From Eledone cirrhosa (Eukaryota), in contig OZ024740.1 in assembly GCA_964016885.1 (NCBI GenBank), forward strand, positions 171,120,001 through 171,184,000: DNA of 64,000 nt, read 5' to 3'. A model generated the notes under the pieces. It made no database searches and was not told where the DNA came from. It saw only the letters and a list, made by a program, of their open reading frames with translations. Shown here in pieces: positions 41,109 through 58,318 of this stretch (the first letter of the stretch is position 1; each line of letters opens with the position of its first letter). The translations under genes and the position numbers were made by a program.

Positions 41109-42900
41109 ATGGAAGCCATTACCACAGGTAACGATGACACGCCCACTAAACAAACTGAAAGAGAGCGGGTAGTGGAGGCAACAAGCCTCCCTACTGAAAG
41201 AATAATGATTATTAAAAACATTGAAAAAATGGAACCTAACCCTAATGAAAAAAATGTGAAAAAAATTGACTCGGAGAAATTGCCAAAATTAATGGATGCC
41301 GTTTCGACCTTTCACGGCGCCACGCCCACCAGCAAAGGTGAAAGACAACGAGTAGCTGTAACAACAAGTCTCTCGGATACTGAAAATATAAGTGAACATA
41401 TTAAAAAAATGGAGTCTAACCCCAACGGGGAAAAAAATGTGAACGCTTACACCAACATAAATAACACAAACCAACAAAAAATTAAAATTGTAACAACAAA
41501 AAACAAGAAAACCACATTTCGACAAATGTAAACAGAGAGGGGGCGAACAAAATGACGTTCGCGCAAAGCATAAACAAATCTTTCGTGTACGAACCTATTG
41601 ACATTTCGAACATGGAAAATGCACGGATGTATATAACTTTGGAGGAGAATGGTCTATTTTCTTTAAATTCTCCCCCAGAGCTAAAAAAGGAAAATAGCTT
41701 AAAAACTATTATTTATACGACAATATCAAACAAAACCTGTAAGCCAGTACAACTCACACAGACAGAGATTGAACTGGCGTTAAAAGATCATCTGAAAAAC
41801 ATTGTATTCATTCAGAAGGATAGACGGTAATCTATCCATCCGAATGAAAGATAAATTGACGGCCGAAAAACATTCCCTGGCCCCAATTGTGTTCCCCTTA
41901 TTTACCTTCTTCCCCACTTATTTGGGAAGAAAAACACAAAGATTGACCATACACAGTATCGATCCAGATATTGATTTCTGGGCGGTACTGTGTGGCCTCC
42001 TCGACTTGAAAGAGGATGCAGTAATTTCGGTAGGTAAGTCTTCCAGCAACGTGTTCGGTGGAACTAACCTGCAAGTTCTGGTGCAAATGCAGCCAGAACG
42101 AATTGCTAGGATCCCCGACCGCATATTGCTGGATGGGCTTGCCTACTTACACATCACAGTGGAGGGTAGACGACTCGCTTGTTACCTCTGTGGTGGCAGA
42201 GGTCACCTGAAGGCTGCCTGTTCCCAAGCAAACAAAAAAACATCGATTTTGCCCACACCAACAGCTACAGCAACACAACCTCTAACACCACAAGTTAAAA
42301 CACAACTGAAAACAATCCCACCCATCACCCCCACACAGAAAACAAATACAATAACACCCACACCACAAACACGAGCCTAAAATGAACCCCTCCCCTCGAA
42401 TACGGAAGACGACCCCCTTTCGTCGTCAGACAAGGGGGAGGGGACACTTTCATAAAGTTAAAAGAAAAAAAAGAAAACACACCACAGGAACACAAATACA
42501 AATAACCCCTCCCCAAGCCATAACACAGACATCAACACAAAAAACATCACGCAAAAAGAAAAGTTTGCATATACCTACATAAGTACAATAAATAAAAAAC
42601 TGTTAAACGTTACTTATAATAACAACTTAATAAAAACCGAAGGTTCGAATTTCGCACAAGCAACGGGGCTTCCCCATCTAAAAATGATAAAAGCCCCAAT
42701 GGACATTTACAAAACGTTAAAAGACACTTTTAAAAAGGACGTGGGGCCCCCCTGCGTCAGACCCATTAACCGTGTCCTCTAACACCCCCACCTACCTACC
42801 CCCCCCCCGGGCACCCACACAACTACAAACACCCCAACCCCAACACACACTGATGCCCCTACACTTCCACAAACCAACACCCCACCCAACAACCCCACCC
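41109..42900 (+). pseudogene. Tx1-like ORF1 (gag-like CCHC knuckle), disrupted
   Basis: TFAQ motif, ITVEGRRLACYLCGGRGHLKAAC, Pro/Thr-rich tail; several stops and frameshifts. Confidence 0.75.
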
Positions 42901-42973
42901 CACCCCCATGGAAATTGTGCGGCCCGGTTCCCGGGACACAGAGAGGTACGTGCCTTTTCTCTTTACTACCAAC

Positions 42974-45900
42974 ATGGCTGTGTTGAGAATAGGTTGTCTA
43001 AATACGCGTGGCCTGGGTTCACCTTGGAAGCAAGCAATGCTTCTAAATGACCTCAAGTCACGATGTATAAATGTGATGGTTATTTGCGAGGCCCGGATCA
43101 GCAGCGTGCGACAGCTGGCCCCCACCTTTGATGACTTTGAGATGCACGCATCTCGCTGTCAGCCCGGAGGTGGGGGTGGGGTTGTCGTTCTGCTGCAAAA
43201 ACATCTAGGTCTCGCTACACAGACGGTACACTTGGACCCGGAGGGTCGACTAGTGGTTCTGGACATTGGCAGTGGTGAAGGCGGAGCTTTTAGGCTGGTC
43301 GCCGTCTACGGCCCTTTTGGGTCAACGCGGCCGGACTTCTTTCATCGTCTGGAGACTTTTCTAGGGACGTCCCGCTCCTTGCTTTTAGTGGGAGACTGGA
43401 ATGGTATACTAGATGCACGTTGGGACTATGTAGGGGCATGTCCTGATAGAGGGGGTTGTAACAGCCTCAAAGGGTTAATCGGCCGATTCGACCTGGCCGA
43501 TAGATATCGACTAGATTTTCCGACTGTGCCAACCTGGACTTGGAGAAACCACGGCGGTCAATCTAGATCGTACCTAGATAGGTTCTTAGTTAGAAATAAG
43601 GATAGGGACTTTTTAAGTTGTCCAAATATGCTCATGGTTGGCTATTCAGACCACAAGTTAGTGACCTCCATGGTCAACCTTGATAGAACGCATAGACAGG
43701 GAGCCGGTTACTGGAAGCTCAACTTGTCCTTACCGGCAAGTAAAGCTTACAGGAACCGGATTAGTACATTAGTTAAGGAGCGGTTGACGGGCGCCATCGT
43801 TAACAGCAGGTGGTGGGGCTCTCTCAAAAGAGAGATTAGAGTAGCTTCAATAGGAGTTAGTAAGGAGTTAGCCTCAGATAGAAATAGGAAGGAAAGGGAG
43901 TTGGTAGATAGTGTAGAAGAGGCAATTAGAAATGGCGACGTAGCCAGAGTTCTATCGTCAAGAACGGCCTTGGGCCAGTTCTTCGATGCGAAACACTGCG
44001 TTGTCCGAAGCAAAATACGTGCTCTGGGAAACGAGGGGACCAAACTGTTAGCTGGGCCCGCGTGACAGAAGCCAAAAGTGGGACTAGATCCACTATCGGG
44101 TCTTTGCGAAACCAGGATGGACGGGTGGTCCTTGAACCTAAGTAGATGTGCGAGGCCTTTCAAAGGCACTTTTCCCGATTGTTCGGAAGGGACGAAGGGC
44201 CGGATGGGAATGTGGACCTCGGTCCATACCTCGACAGCCTGCCGCGTCTTTCGGGCGAGTAGGCGAAGTCCTGCGAGAGGTTGATCTCAGCTGCTGAAAT
44301 AGGGGACGTGCTGAGCCAATGCGGCAGACGCAAATCTCCGGGCCTCGATGGTCTTCCATATGAACTGTATTTAAGTATGCTGGACTTGTTCTTCGATCTC
44401 CTCGAAGCGGTCTACTGCAACTGGCAACAGAACGGAAGAATTCCCTGTTCTATGACCAAGGGCGTAGTCTCGCTAATGAGGAAGGACGAGAACAAGGGGG
44501 ATGAAATAAGTAATTTTAGGCCCATAACACTGCTAAATGCAGAGTTAAAGATTTTGGCCAAGGTGTTAGCAAAGAGGTTGGCGCTTGTCGTGGGCAACCT
44601 GGTGGGAGATGCGCAGACATGCGCCATCCCGTCCAGGTCCATTCACGACAACCTCCATCTCATGCGATACATCATAGAGAGGGTTGGGAACGAACCCGGC
44701 TTTTGGTGAGGCCCTGATCAACTTGGATCAATCTAAGGCGTTCGATAGGGTCGACCATCGTTACCTGGATGCGGTGCTAGTGGCGGCAGGTTTCGGACCC
44801 GTTTTCAGGGGCTGGATCACTGCCATGCACAGCAGCCGCATCTGCTCTAGGGTCAAGGTGAACGGCTACCTTTCGGAGCCGTTCGAAATCACGCGGTCCA
44901 TCCGACAGGGATACCCTCTCTCCTCCCTTCTGTATGTATTGGCCCTAGAGCCACTGCTGCAGAAGTTGGAGTTGTTACAGGGAATCCCTTTGGAACCGGG
45001 ATTGCGGAAAGCGGTGTCGGCCTACGCCGATGACGTGACAGTAATGGTGTCAACCGCCTCGGAAATCGGAGTGATCGGCAGGAATACGAAACGTTTACAG
45101 GGGCTAAGCTGAACCGGGACAAGTCAGTCGGTTTGCAACTCGGCGAGTGGAGGGGCAAACCAATGGCCTCCAACGGCATCGTCGGATGTTGGACGGAAGG
45201 CCCGGTGGAGTTGCTCGGGGTTTGGTTCGGGTCAGACCTCCAGGTGAAGAAGAACTGGGGTGAGGTATCGAATAGGGTGTTTGCGCTGACGTGGAAGTGG
45301 GCTGAGTGCAAACTATCCCTGAAAGGTCGGGCGGAGGTGGCGAAAGCTTATATAGCGTCTGTCATCTATTACCGCCTGACCGTCGTGCCTTGCCCAAGGG
45401 AAACGCTCACCAAAATGGAGCGCGCACTCTTCCAATTCCTTTGGAAGAAGCGGGCGCTTTTGGTGAGGAGATCCATCTGCTGTCAACATCCTTCGAAAGG
45501 AGGGCTGAGGATGCCGTGGCTATTGATGCGTAAACACGCATTAAGGCTACAGCACCTCCAGGTATTCCTCACCAGTCAATCGGCGTGGGCCCCGTTTGTG
45601 AGGCGAGCCTTTCCGAGACTTGTCTCGCTCACCGAGCTGCAGTCCTGGGTCAAGCAAAGACCTAGAAAACTGGGCGCCTGGCACACCGAGTGTGCCCAGG
45701 CTCTCACGGCTCTCTGGCAGGCGGACCCGGCTATCAGTGGAGACACCACCTCGTCATTCTATAGAGGGCTGGTGGTTACTAGGTGCGACGACGCCCTCGG
45801 ACAAGCCCTAGCCATGGAGGAAGACGAACTGGCCAGCCTATTCGGGAGGACATTTGGCCCGGGACCTATGGACAACTTCTAGAAGTCCCTGGCCTGGCAG

Positions 45901-46365
45901 TGCTACCGAGGGGCGCTGCCCGTTCGAGAAAAGCTCTACAGACACGGGCGCCCGGGTAGGGATCCCTCGAAAAAAATCTGTCCCAGATGCGTGCGCGACG
46001 AGGAAACCGTTGCGCACGCATTGGTACACTGCTCGGGCGTTGCCGATCTGTGGGGCTATGTCGAACGACTGCTGTCACGGGTGGGACCAATCCGGTTGAC
46101 CACTAAGTCCATTGTAACGATCAAGCCGCCTCCCCCCTTCAAAAATGAAGGAGAGGCGGTCTTCCTCTGTATAATAGCCATGGTGAAAGAGGTGGTATGG
46201 TGGACACGTTTGAAAGGGCTGAGGTCGGACACCTTTCTCTCCGGCCAACAACTAGTCCTTTTCTTTAAATACCATTTTAAGAGAAGGATCAGAATGGAGA
46301 GAGAGTTGCTCTACCCCAGCAAGTTTTATCAAAGGTGGGTGAAAGTAGCGAGAATGCCCGTGTGA
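42974..46365 (+). pseudogene. Tx1-like ORF2 (APE endonuclease + RT + Cys-rich domain), disrupted
   Basis: [77 protein letters not shown]. Confidence 0.92.
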
Positions 46366-46929
46366 ATGGGCCTTCTCTCTTTATTAGCCTGTAGGTGGAA
46401 AGGTGGAAGTGCAAAGAAGCACCCCCTCTCTGTGCTCCTAAGGAAAAGGGTTTCACACTTTTTCGGGGGTGTGTGTAACCCGCAAAACACCTTCTCCCTA
46501 TTGTATTGTTAATTTTATATTTGTTATTTGTTTTTTTTACTCGTTCCTTTATGTAAACTCCCCCTTGTATTTGTCTCCCTCTTTTGTGCGCTCGTGGCAA
46601 ATAAATAGAAACTTATCTATCTATCTATCTATCTATCTAGCTGTCTTATTTGTGTGTCTATTTATCTATTTACCGATCTATGACAAATATATTTTACTTT
46701 CGCCTTATTCGACCTAATTGACTCCCTCTATCATTCTCTCACACTCACTATTTTCTCCCTTTCTCTCTCCCACTTTATTCTTTCTTGTTTTGTCATCGCA
46801 TGCTCATATACTTTTGCACACATACACACAAACATATATTTATATACACACACACATATACGTGTATATATATATATATGTACATATATATAAATATATG
46901 TATACAAATATATATATATATATATACGA

Positions 46930-47275
46930 TATTGACAAATGGAAACTACATTTATAAAACCATAGTTATTTCATTATACATATTTCAAGGACACCAAGTT
47001 AAATTATGGTATGCTTTCATCAGATAAAATATAATATAGATCAGTTTTATAAATAAATATTGACATACCCTTAAAGAATGCAACCATTACTGTTGGAAGC
47101 TTCCAACAGTAATGGTTGCATTCTTTAAGGGTATGTCAATATTTATTTATAAAACTGATCTATATTATATTTTATCTGATGAAAGCATACCATAATTTAA
47201 CTTGGTATCCTTGAAATATGTATAATCAAATAAATAAGGTTTTATAAATGTAGTTTCCATTCGTTAAAATCGTAT
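46930..47275. repeat. Near-perfect palindrome, about 170-bp arms, no spacer
   Basis: Centre ..ctgttggaAG|CTtccaacag.. at about 47099. Confidence 0.95.
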
Positions 47276-47359
47276 TTTTACTCCAAATATTTGTTGAGTG
47301 CTTTATATCAGTAATAAAAATATTTGCTTGTTGTATCCCAACAAATTAAATAGAACTTT

Positions 47360-48863
<1,504 letters not shown>

Positions 48864-51625
48864 CTGATCGCGCTGGCAGAAGAAAGGGCGGGACTGCCAT
48901 TTATGTCCATAATTCTTTCTCAACAGAGGCTATGAACATATTCACTAATGGATACTGCGAAGCAGTCACTGTATTCAGTCAGACCAACAACCTAATAGTA
49001 GTTGGGCTCTATAGGCCACCCCAAACGCCTGTACCATGCTTCAAGGAATGCCTCAACAGCATAAAGTGTTTCATCCAAGAGTGTCACCCTGACAACATCT
49101 TAATGATGGGGGACTTCAACCTCCCCGGAGTTGACTGGTCCACAAACAGCCTGCCACCAGGTTCTTCTGCCTCAACCTCTGACAGGGAAGCAGTGGAATC
49201 GCTTCTTGACTTCATGGATGATTTCTTCCTATCCCAACTGGTGCTCGAACCAACGAGGTGCCACAAAAACGTCCTAGACTTAATTTTCAGCAATCACACT
49301 GACAATATCCACAATATTGCAGTGGAGAAAACTCTACTCTCTGATCATGACATGGTTCTCTGTGATCTGAGATTCCACCGTCTAATATACAAACCCAATG
49401 TCATCTCTCCTGTCCATCCGTTTGACGCTATGGATTTCCACAATGCAAACTGGGAAGCGATCAGTCATGATCTTGCACATGTCGACTGGTCCTTCACGCA
49501 CACTCATACACCCACTAACATCAAAAAGTCCTGGCAGACATTTGTGGACACTGTTACAAACATATGTGCAAAACACACCCCATTAAAAACTATAAACAAA
49601 TCTAAGAGCAAAATCCCTAGAAATAGAAAAACGCTCATCAGAAAAATTAAGAGAACGAACAAAAAAATCAACAAGCTGAAATACTGTCAGCAGCAACACA
49701 TCAACTTGACTGCCATTTCATCACTAGAGATTAAAAAACATAACCTCCAAAACAACATAATGTCTCTCATCAACAATCAGAGAAGAGCTGAAGAGGCCTG
49801 GGCCATTGAGAAGATCAAACTCAATCCCAAAGTGTTCTTTTCATTTTCAAAAGAACACAAAATCACTGGCTCTACTGTTGGCCCTCTAATTGATGAAAAT
49901 GGCACTCTTCAAGACAATGCTAAAACCATGGGTGAGATACTGCAGAAACAATACTGCTCTGTTTTCAGCAATCCTGATATGGCCGATCTGGGCTGTATCG
50001 GCGATGTTACTCCCCATTACACCTTATCGGACATAACGTTTGGCGCCCCTGATGTCTTAGCGGCAATAAAGGAAATCAAGCATAATTCAGCAGTAGGTCC
50101 CGATAGGTTCCCTGCTTGTGTCTTGAAGGCGTATCAACACCAACTTGCATCTCCTCTTGCCAATCTGTGGCGGAACTCACTGGATGCTGGATATGTGCCA
50201 GAAAACCTTCTATCCCAGTCTGTTGTCCCAGTTTTCAAAAAAGGAAACAAATCCCTTGCCGTGAATTACCGTCCAATCTCACTCACCTCTCATATCATTA
50301 AGGTATTTGAGAGAGTGGTGAGATCGCGAATGACCCACTTCCTTGAGAGTAACAATATGCTGAACTCCAACCAGCATGGATTCCGTAATGGAAGGGATTG
50401 CCTGACGCAGCTACTGCATCACTTTGATGACATTTTGAGAGCCTTGGGAGAGGGTTCCAACACTGATGTTATCTACCTTGATTTCAGCAAGGCCTTTGAC
50501 AGGGTTGATCATAACATTCTACTGAGAAAGCTGTCCAATATTGGTGTCACTGGAAAGCTGCTGCAGTGGATCAAGAGCTTCCTGTCAAACAGAACCCAAC
50601 ATGTTGTAGTTGAAGGAGTCAAATCCAGCCCAGCCAAAGTCAGTAGTGGGGTCCCACAAGGCACTGTGTTGGGCCCACTTCTCTTCATCATCTATATTAA
50701 TGACATCACTGACATCATCAAACACAGCAACATTAAAATTTTCGTTGATGATTCCAAGCTCCAAAAGGTCATCAATGGCGTGGATGATCGGATAAGCCTT
50801 CAGTCAGACCTACTGGCTGTTACCCAATGGGCGGAAAAGAACATGTTACTGAACGAAGACAAATTCGAACTGATCCACTTTGGAAAAGAGGATGCTCTGA
50901 AACTCCCGTACTCCCTTCCCTCCGGGGAAACTCTCGTGGCATCTAACAACATCAGAGACTTGGGAGTAACCGTGGACAGCAACATAAGCTGGGCCACGCA
51001 TATAATCAGCAAAGTTGACATGGCCCGCAGAATGTGTTCCTGGATCCTCAGAACCTTCCAGTCGAGAGATTCCCACACCATTATCCTTCTCTTCTCTACT
51101 TTTGTCCGACCACACCTTGAATACTGTTGTCCACTGTGGTCTCCCCACACGAAACAAAGTATCATGAAACTTGAAGCTCCTCAAAGGGCAATCACGAAAA
51201 AGATAGATGGCATGTCAGACCTTGACTACTGGGGTCGACTAGAAAAGCTGAAACTTTACTCACTCCAACGTCGCCGTGAGCGTTATATTATCTGCATGAT
51301 GTGGAAAATGTTCCATCATCACTGCCCAAATGATGTTGGCATCGCCTTCAAGATACACCCAAGGCTTGGGCCCCGTGCTATCCGTCCCATACAAAAATAT
51401 AAATCGCAACTCATAACAACAATACGGCACAATTATTTCACCTCAATTGGCCCTGCTCTCTTCAACATCACACCAGGACACGTCAAAACAGAAACTGACC
51501 ACACAAAATTCAAGAAGTCTTTGGACAAATTCCTCCAAGTAATCCCGGACAAACCACCAACACCCGGATATGTCTCCGCAAACAGTAATTCTCTTCTCGA
51601 ATGGGCCATGGTGCCCAAATCCTGA
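48864..51625 (+). pseudogene. CR1-like ORF2 (APE + RT), open but lacking its N-terminus
   Basis: [74 protein letters not shown]. Confidence 0.9.
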
Positions 51626-51719
51626 ATTGAAAGACTTCGCCAGGTGGTGCTATTAAATTAGACATGGCCTGGGCCAATACTGGCCAAAACATTTCAAAGT
51701 TATTCAAAGTTTTCAAAGT

Positions 51720-51720
<1 letters not shown>
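48864..51720 (+). mobile_element. 5'-truncated CR1-like LINE inserted in (TA)n
   Basis: Uninterrupted APE+RT frame, short 3'UTR ending in (TTCAAAGTT)-like tandem repeats. Confidence 0.88.
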
Positions 51721-51798
<78 letters not shown>

Positions 51799-51827
51799 GT
51801 ATATATCTATATATATATATGTATATA

Positions 51828-51865
<38 letters not shown>

Positions 51866-51867
51866 TG

Positions 51868-51925
<58 letters not shown>

Positions 51926-51943
51926 TATACACATATATATATA

Positions 51944-52289
<346 letters not shown>

Positions 52290-52424
52290 GTATATAGATA
52301 AATCTTCCAAAAGTTTACGGTTGTCCAATCCGTATGAAGAACTCAATGTAATCCGGATATCATGAAAAGAGATGCATTCAAAAACTACTTTCGGTGAAAA
52401 ATAAACGGAAAACAGAGTCAAGAT

Positions 52425-53191
<767 letters not shown>

Positions 53192-53272
53192 GTATATATA
53201 TGTGTATATATATGTATATATATGTGTATATATATGTATATATATATGTATATATATATGTATATATATATG

Positions 53273-53325
<53 letters not shown>

Positions 53326-53350
53326 GTATATATATATATGTATATATATG

Positions 53351-53401
<51 letters not shown>

Positions 53402-53411
53402 GTATATATAT

Positions 53412-53470
53412 AGGAACCAGTAAGACCCCGACAGCTGAACTCAAGCCGTTTCGACGGCTAATTCTGGACT
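53412..53470. repeat. Family C fragment in (TA)n
   Basis: Homologous to 26898-26958. Confidence 0.75.
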
Positions 53471-53478
53471 ATATATAC

Positions 53479-53527
<49 letters not shown>

Positions 53528-53542
53528 CATATATATATATAC

Positions 53543-53577
<35 letters not shown>

Positions 53578-53578
53578 C

Positions 53579-53679
<101 letters not shown>

Positions 53680-53710
53680 CATATATATATACATATATAT
53701 ATATATATAC

Positions 53711-54139
<429 letters not shown>

Positions 54140-54167
54140 AAATGTGTGTAATCCTTGGTGCAGTTAG

Positions 54168-55090
54168 GTATATTAAGACAGGGGGAAGAAAAAATGGCTT
54201 CACTTGTGCTTTCAATAAATTTATTTTCTTCACAAAATCCAAAAAGGATTTTTTTCCGGATTAGAAAAAAATTTTATAAATTAAGTTTGGTCTTAGGTCT
54301 TAGGAGTTCTTGGTTAACGTAGGAGGCATTGTTTCGTTTTTAGAACGACCTTTCACGCTGAGGTGCGCTTGTCAAACTGATGTGTATGTGGTGTGTTGTT
54401 CTATATATAGGGATTTAACATGTCTGTGGTGTGGTGGGGGGGGGGGGTGTTCCTCCACCTTTTTTTAATAAGTGTATGGATGTAGGTGTGTTGAAAAAGT
54501 GTTAATAGCAGTAATGAGTTGAGACGGTGAGTAGGTTGGGTGGGGAGAAATGTAGCAAGTAAGGCCTGCCCCGGTCATTCTCGAAAAATTCCTTTATTCA
54601 GGGGATTCCTTTGTGTTGAGAATGGTCACAGGCAAATCGCACTTGCCAAGTTTGTAAACAATTATTTTTTTCTGAAGAATTTTTCTACGTCTATCCCAAA
54701 ATTAGTCCTTTGTTCTACACACACATATGTGCGTATATACGTACATACACACACGGGCATATGTAGGAATATATAGGCACACACCATCAATAAAAAAAAC
54801 CCCACCACACCACAGACATGTTAAATCCCTATATATAGAACAACACACCACATACACATCAGTTTGACAACCGCACCTCAGCGTGAAAGGTCGTTCTAAA
54901 AACGAAACAATGCCTCCTACGTTAACCAAGAACTCCTAAGACCTAAGACCTAACTTAATTTATAAAATAATTTTTTTTAAGAAAAAATTTTTTTCCTAAT
55001 CCGGAAAAAAATTCTTTTTGGATTTTGTGAAGAAAATAAATTTGTTGAAAGCACAAGTGAAGCCATTTTTTCTTCCCCCCTGTCTTAATA
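54168..55090. repeat. Fold-back element with about 270-bp arms
   Basis: 54168-54437 is the reverse complement of 54800-55090. Confidence 0.9.
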
Positions 55091-55107
55091 TATATATATA
55101 TATACGG

Positions 55108-56719
55108 AGGAGGTTATAACCTAGCCTTTGAACACCTAAGCGACAATGAACTATACACAGAGATCCCGGACATGACTGCAGCCCAGATCGAAAAACAGAC
55201 CAACTCCATTTGGTTCGATATCTGTAGGAGAAGACAACTCCCAAATAAAGTTAAGCTCAACTACACCACTAGAAATAACAGACTGCCCACTTTCTACCAC
55301 CTCATCAAGACCCACAAGAATAGCACTAAGACGCAAATAAGACCCATCGTCTCTAGCATAGAAGGACCCCTATACAAAATTTCCTGGCTCCTCTCCCAGG
55401 TCCTCAAGCCTCTACTCTCCACCTTTCCCGGGCATGTCAGTAGCTCCGACGAAGTTATACGTAGACTACACCAACTCCAGCCAGAACAACTTAAACTAAA
55501 TAAATACGCTTTTAGCCTCGACGTTGTCTCACTCTACACTACAGTCCCCGCTCATCCAGCTGTCGATTTATTGACGGACTGCGTGGTCGCAGAGGACATC
55601 AACTGCTACGGCCTCTACCCGACGGACATACACCAGCTTTTGTCCTTCACAGTAGACAACACGTACTTCACCTTCCACCACCACACATACAGACAGACAA
55701 CAGGATTACCCATGGGATCCAGCCTATCGGGCCTGCTGGCCATCACCTACATGAACCAGCTAGAATGCTGAGCCCTCAACACCTGCCATTCCCATGCCTT
55801 CTTCACTCGATATGTAGATGACATACTCATCCTCACATCATCCCGTGAGGAGGCAGATAAAATATACACAACATTCTCCAGCATGGACGCCAGTATAAAG
55901 TTCAGCATGGAACACACCGACGACCGCGGATCCCTATCCCTACTGGACTTCCAACTCAGGGTAACAGAGGAAGGCAACATCCACACCTGCTTCTATAAAA
56001 AAGCCGCCAGCAGGGACCTGTTCGTACATTTCAGATCGGCCCTCCCACTCGGTGCCAAGTTCGGATACATAAGGAACGAACTGGCACGTATCCGGAACAA
56101 ATGCACCGACGCTAGAGACCGAGACACACACACCACACATTTCCTGGAAGTACTCAAACTGAGCGGATACACGACATCCACCACAAACCGTGCCAGAAAG
56201 AACAGAGGACACCACACCCGAGGCACTAACACTTGCTTCCTGAAGCTCCCACACTTCAGTGAAGAAACAACAACAGCCATCCGCAGAGCCATCAGACGAG
56301 AAGGACTAGATATCCAACTGGCCCACTCAGGTCCTTCTCTGCGCGGACAGCTAGCCAAAAGACACTCCACCAGACATGACAACTGCTGCAGACTAGCCAA
56401 CTGCCCCATCAACGACACAGACCTATGCCACCAGGCTTACGTCGTATACAGACTAGAGTGTGACAAATGCAACAACTTCTACGTAGGTAGCACCACCAGA
56501 CCACTTCACATAAGAATAAAAGAACACCTCAATACTAACGCTTCCTCATTTAAGAAACACCTAGTTAAATGCAAAAACACCGACAAAACCATAACAGTTA
56601 GGATAGAAACTAAGGAAAGAAACCTCGGCAATCTTAGAATTAAGGAAGCACTAATTATAGATAAAACACAAACACCTATCAATAATAGACTAGAACTCAA
56701 CACCCAATTTATAACCTGA
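55108..56719 (+). pseudogene. PLE RT + GIY-YIG, apparently one in-frame TGA at 55769-55771
   Basis: FYHLIKTHK, IRPIVS, SLDVVSLYT, QTTGLPMGSSLS, RYVDD, LSLLD, VVYRLECDKCNNFYVGSTTRPLHIRIKEH, KEALII..IN. Confidence 0.92.
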
Positions 56720-57137
56720 TAGGGCTTCTAGCCCCATATTTACACACACCTCACACACACACACGCACACACGCACGCACACACACACACGCTTACACCT
56801 CCACTTATTCTCTCTCACACATACACACACAAAACCAGTTCTAACACCAGATAACACCTATCCCCCACATTTACGAATAGACTTATCTTCTCACACGCGC
56901 ACACACACACTCACATACTTACACCTTCAAGCATTCTCCCACACACTTAAACAGGCATGTATATAAAAAAAATATATATATATAAAAAAAACCTAAACAA
57001 ACCCCTTTTAAAGGGAGACTACTCTTTATCCACCTAATTTTAACTCTTTGACATTAGAGATAGAACAGATACTCTATACTATTTCCTGGCAGCGTGGCTT
57101 GGCAAGATATTTAGAACGCTGGTTTGAGACCTTTATT

Positions 57138-57175
57138 TCCCTCTGAAGAAGAGATATTATCTCGAAAATTAAGGA
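57138..57175 (+). ncRNA. Minimal type I hammerhead ribozyme in the PLE pLTR
   Basis: cct-CTGAAGA-a-gagata-t-tatctc-GAAA-at-TA-agg with palindromic AATT stem III. Confidence 0.7.
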
Positions 57176-57293
57176 CGTTTAAAATAAATCTAAGGTAAAA
57201 GACGAATTGTCGACAATATCTTTTGCAATTGCATTCTTTTTTTCTATGTCCATACCTGCATTGTTTTGGCTTTATTATACATATTCAAACGTT

Positions 57294-57377
<84 letters not shown>

Positions 57378-57391
57378 GAGATATATATAGA

Positions 57392-57432
<41 letters not shown>

Positions 57433-57508
57433 ATATATATATATATGTGTATATATATATATATATGTGTATATATATATATATATGTGTGTGTATATAT
57501 ATATATAA

Positions 57509-57548
<40 letters not shown>

Positions 57549-57556
57549 ATATATAA

Positions 57557-57604
<48 letters not shown>

Positions 57605-57744
57605 ATATATAAATACATATATGTATATATATATGTATATGTATATATATGTATATGTATATATATGTATATGTATATATATATATGTATGTATATATAT
57701 ATATATATATGTGTATATATATATATACATGTACATATATATAT

Positions 57745-58203
57745 GTTTGTAAAGACCTGAAAATCCGCCTCTTCATTGCTGTAGTGGAGTCTGTGCTGCT
57801 GCACGGTTCTGAGACATGGACACTGACCAAGAAACTCACTCAGATGATGGATGGGTGCTACACAAAAATGCTGAGGATGGCTCTGAACATTAATCAGTAT
57901 ACACTGACGATGAAAACCTCAGAGCTGTATGGGAGCCTCCTAAAAGTCAGCACAAAAGTGACACAGAGGAGACTGAGGTCAGCTGGACATTCTCACCGGC
58001 ATCCAAAGTTGATATTGCACTCAGTGCTCTTGTGGGAGCCCCTACATGGACACACTGGAAGAGGAAGACCAAGGTGAACGTATGTTGATGCCCTAAGGAC
58101 AGACACTGGTCTGTTGGAGACGCGGGACAGGGCAGCGATAATGAAGGACAGGGACCGCTGGAGAGAACTCGTCCATGGATCTCGGGAATTTTACCCGCCC
58201 TAG
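57745..58203 (+). mobile_element. 3' fragment of RTE-like LINE
   Basis: [36 protein letters not shown]; same 3' end gaattttacccgccctag as 27055. Confidence 0.88.
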
Positions 58204-58279
58204 AAAAAATATAGATATATGTATATATTCATATATAAATATATGATTGTATATATATATACATATATAAATATATGTT

Positions 58280-58318
<39 letters not shown>

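Larger units (their letters stand above)
40902..46612 (+). mobile_element. Near full-length Tx1/L1-clade LINE (ORF1 + ORF2), inactive
   Basis: 5'UTR, ORF1 with zinc knuckle, ORF2 APE-RT-CCHC, 3'UTR with AATAAA; (TATC)n on both flanks. Confidence 0.9.
55104..57292 (+). mobile_element. 5'-truncated Penelope/Poseidon-like element in (TA)n
   Basis: RT + GIY-YIG, 3' region with a hammerhead; TA on both flanks. Confidence 0.9.
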
